From the NCBI RefSeq assembly GCF_044704955.1, contig NC_092000.1, forward strand, positions 29,450,001 to 29,514,000: a stretch of DNA of 64,000 nucleotides, written 5' to 3'. Each line of letters begins with the position of its first letter. Within the stretch, counting starts at the first letter, position 1. The position numbers and the translations under genes were made by a program. Below are positions 62,725 to 64,000 of this stretch, piece after piece. Source of the stretch: Pristiophorus japonicus (taxonomy: Eukaryota). The notes under the pieces were generated by a model. That model was not told the origin of the DNA and did not search any database. It saw nothing but the letters and a program-made list of their open reading frames with translations.

Positions 62725-63369
62725 CTGAAAGAGGAAGCAGCAGGTTCAACATTATTGTCCCGAATTCCAGTCTGCGCAACTTACTGGTGTGCAGGTGAAG
62801 CAAACAGAAATGTTTCACAAAGGGGCCTGGCCATTCAAATAATAAATAACAACTTTTATCTATAGAACGCCTTTAACGTAGTAAAACATCCCAAGGCGCT
62901 TCACAGCAATTTTACAACATTAGATATTGACCATTGAGTGAGAGAGAGAAAAAGCGTGAGAAGGAAGTGTTAAAGGCTCGGGTCCGAAGCAGCAGCCAAA
63001 ATGCGCACACAGATAGACAAAAAGGCAAAAAAAAAATTCTAATTACATTGTAAATAATGAGTGTACAATAGTAAAATCAGTATAATAAAAATGTATTAGA
63101 ATTAAATAAAATTAATATACACCATAATTATAAGTTAAGTTAACATTAGAAAATCAGCAATTGAATCAAATCAAATCAGTTATTAGCTGTCTTTAAGATT
63201 CATTCCTTGTCCAGTGATTCAATTAATCTGTAAGAACCAATCACTGTCCTCCATCCTTTTGATGTCATAATTTTATTACTTTTTAATTTCTCATTTTGTC
63301 CTAGTCAGACCTGTAATAGCTCCAGGCTCAAGCTGCCTCCGTTGTCAGGGAGATGCATTCCTAAGTAAC

Positions 63370-63885
63370 TATATCACATCACTATCATCATAAGCAGTCC
63401 CTTGAAATCGAGGAAGACTTGCTTCCACTCTCAAAGTGAGTTCTCAGGTGACTGTACATCCAATACGGGAATTACAGTCTCTGTCACAGGTGGGACAGAC
63501 AGTGGTTGAAGGAAAGGGTGGGTGGGGAGCTTGGTTTGCCGCACACTTCCGCTGCCTGCGCTCGTCTTCTGCATGCTCTCGGCGACGAGACACTAGGTGC
63601 TCAGCACCCGCCTGGATGCTCTTCCTTCACTTGAGGTGGTGTTTGGCCAGGAACTCCCAGGTGTCGATGAGGATGTTGGATGTTGCACTTTATCAAGGAG
63701 ACTTTGAGGGTGTCCTTGAAACGTTTCCTTTGCCTACATGGGGATTGCTTGCCGTGTAAGAATTCAAAGTAGAGCGCTTGCTTTGGGAGTCTTGTGTCAG
63801 GCATGCTGACAATGTGGCCCGCCCAACGGAGCTGGTCGAGTGTGGTCAGTGCTTCGATACTGGGGATGTTAGTCTGATAGAGAAC
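63370..63885 (-). mobile_element. RTE LINE 3' fragment
   Basis: ORF 63601-63804 MPDTRLPKQALY.E..HGK...RQRKRFKDTLK and degenerate (GAT)n tail. Confidence 0.88.
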
Positions 63886-64000
63886 ACCACAAAAGTACTT
63901 AATTGGCTACAAAGTGATTTGCGATTTCCTGAGGTCATGAAAGGCACTATAGAAAAGCAAGTTCTTTCCTTTACTCACTAATTATTGGCCTTGGAAGGAG

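Overview
Eukaryotic (vertebrate) genomic DNA. The repeat content (Deu-domain SINEs, CR1, L2, RTE, Penelope) points to a cartilaginous fish, most likely a shark; that is an inference. The only host gene I can support is the 3' part of ATP13A1 (P5A-type ATPase) on the minus strand. It has 15 GT-AG-bounded coding exons from 62724 down to the stop codon at 13501-13503. They splice in frame (2102 nt) and encode the DKTGT, KGAPE, TGDN and GDGTND motifs plus the C-terminal membrane region. The 5' exons lie beyond the window end. Most of the remaining sequence is transposon-derived: two long CR1 LINE copies (one near full length and nested in another CR1), many CR1/L2/RTE fragments, two tRNA-derived SINE families, a Penelope fragment, three solo LTRs and several MITE-like elements. 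I find no evidence for a new multi-gene system. The most interesting signals are small. Two copies of one CR1 subfamily end about 14 nt upstream of consecutive ATP13A1 splice acceptors and appear to supply the branch point. The Penelope fragment carries a minimal hammerhead ribozyme motif. One RTE copy is flanked by a ~70-bp target duplication and another has an internal inverted duplication. An intron contains a perfect 27-bp-stem hairpin. Exon boundaries were read by eye to the base; most repeat boundaries are approximate.
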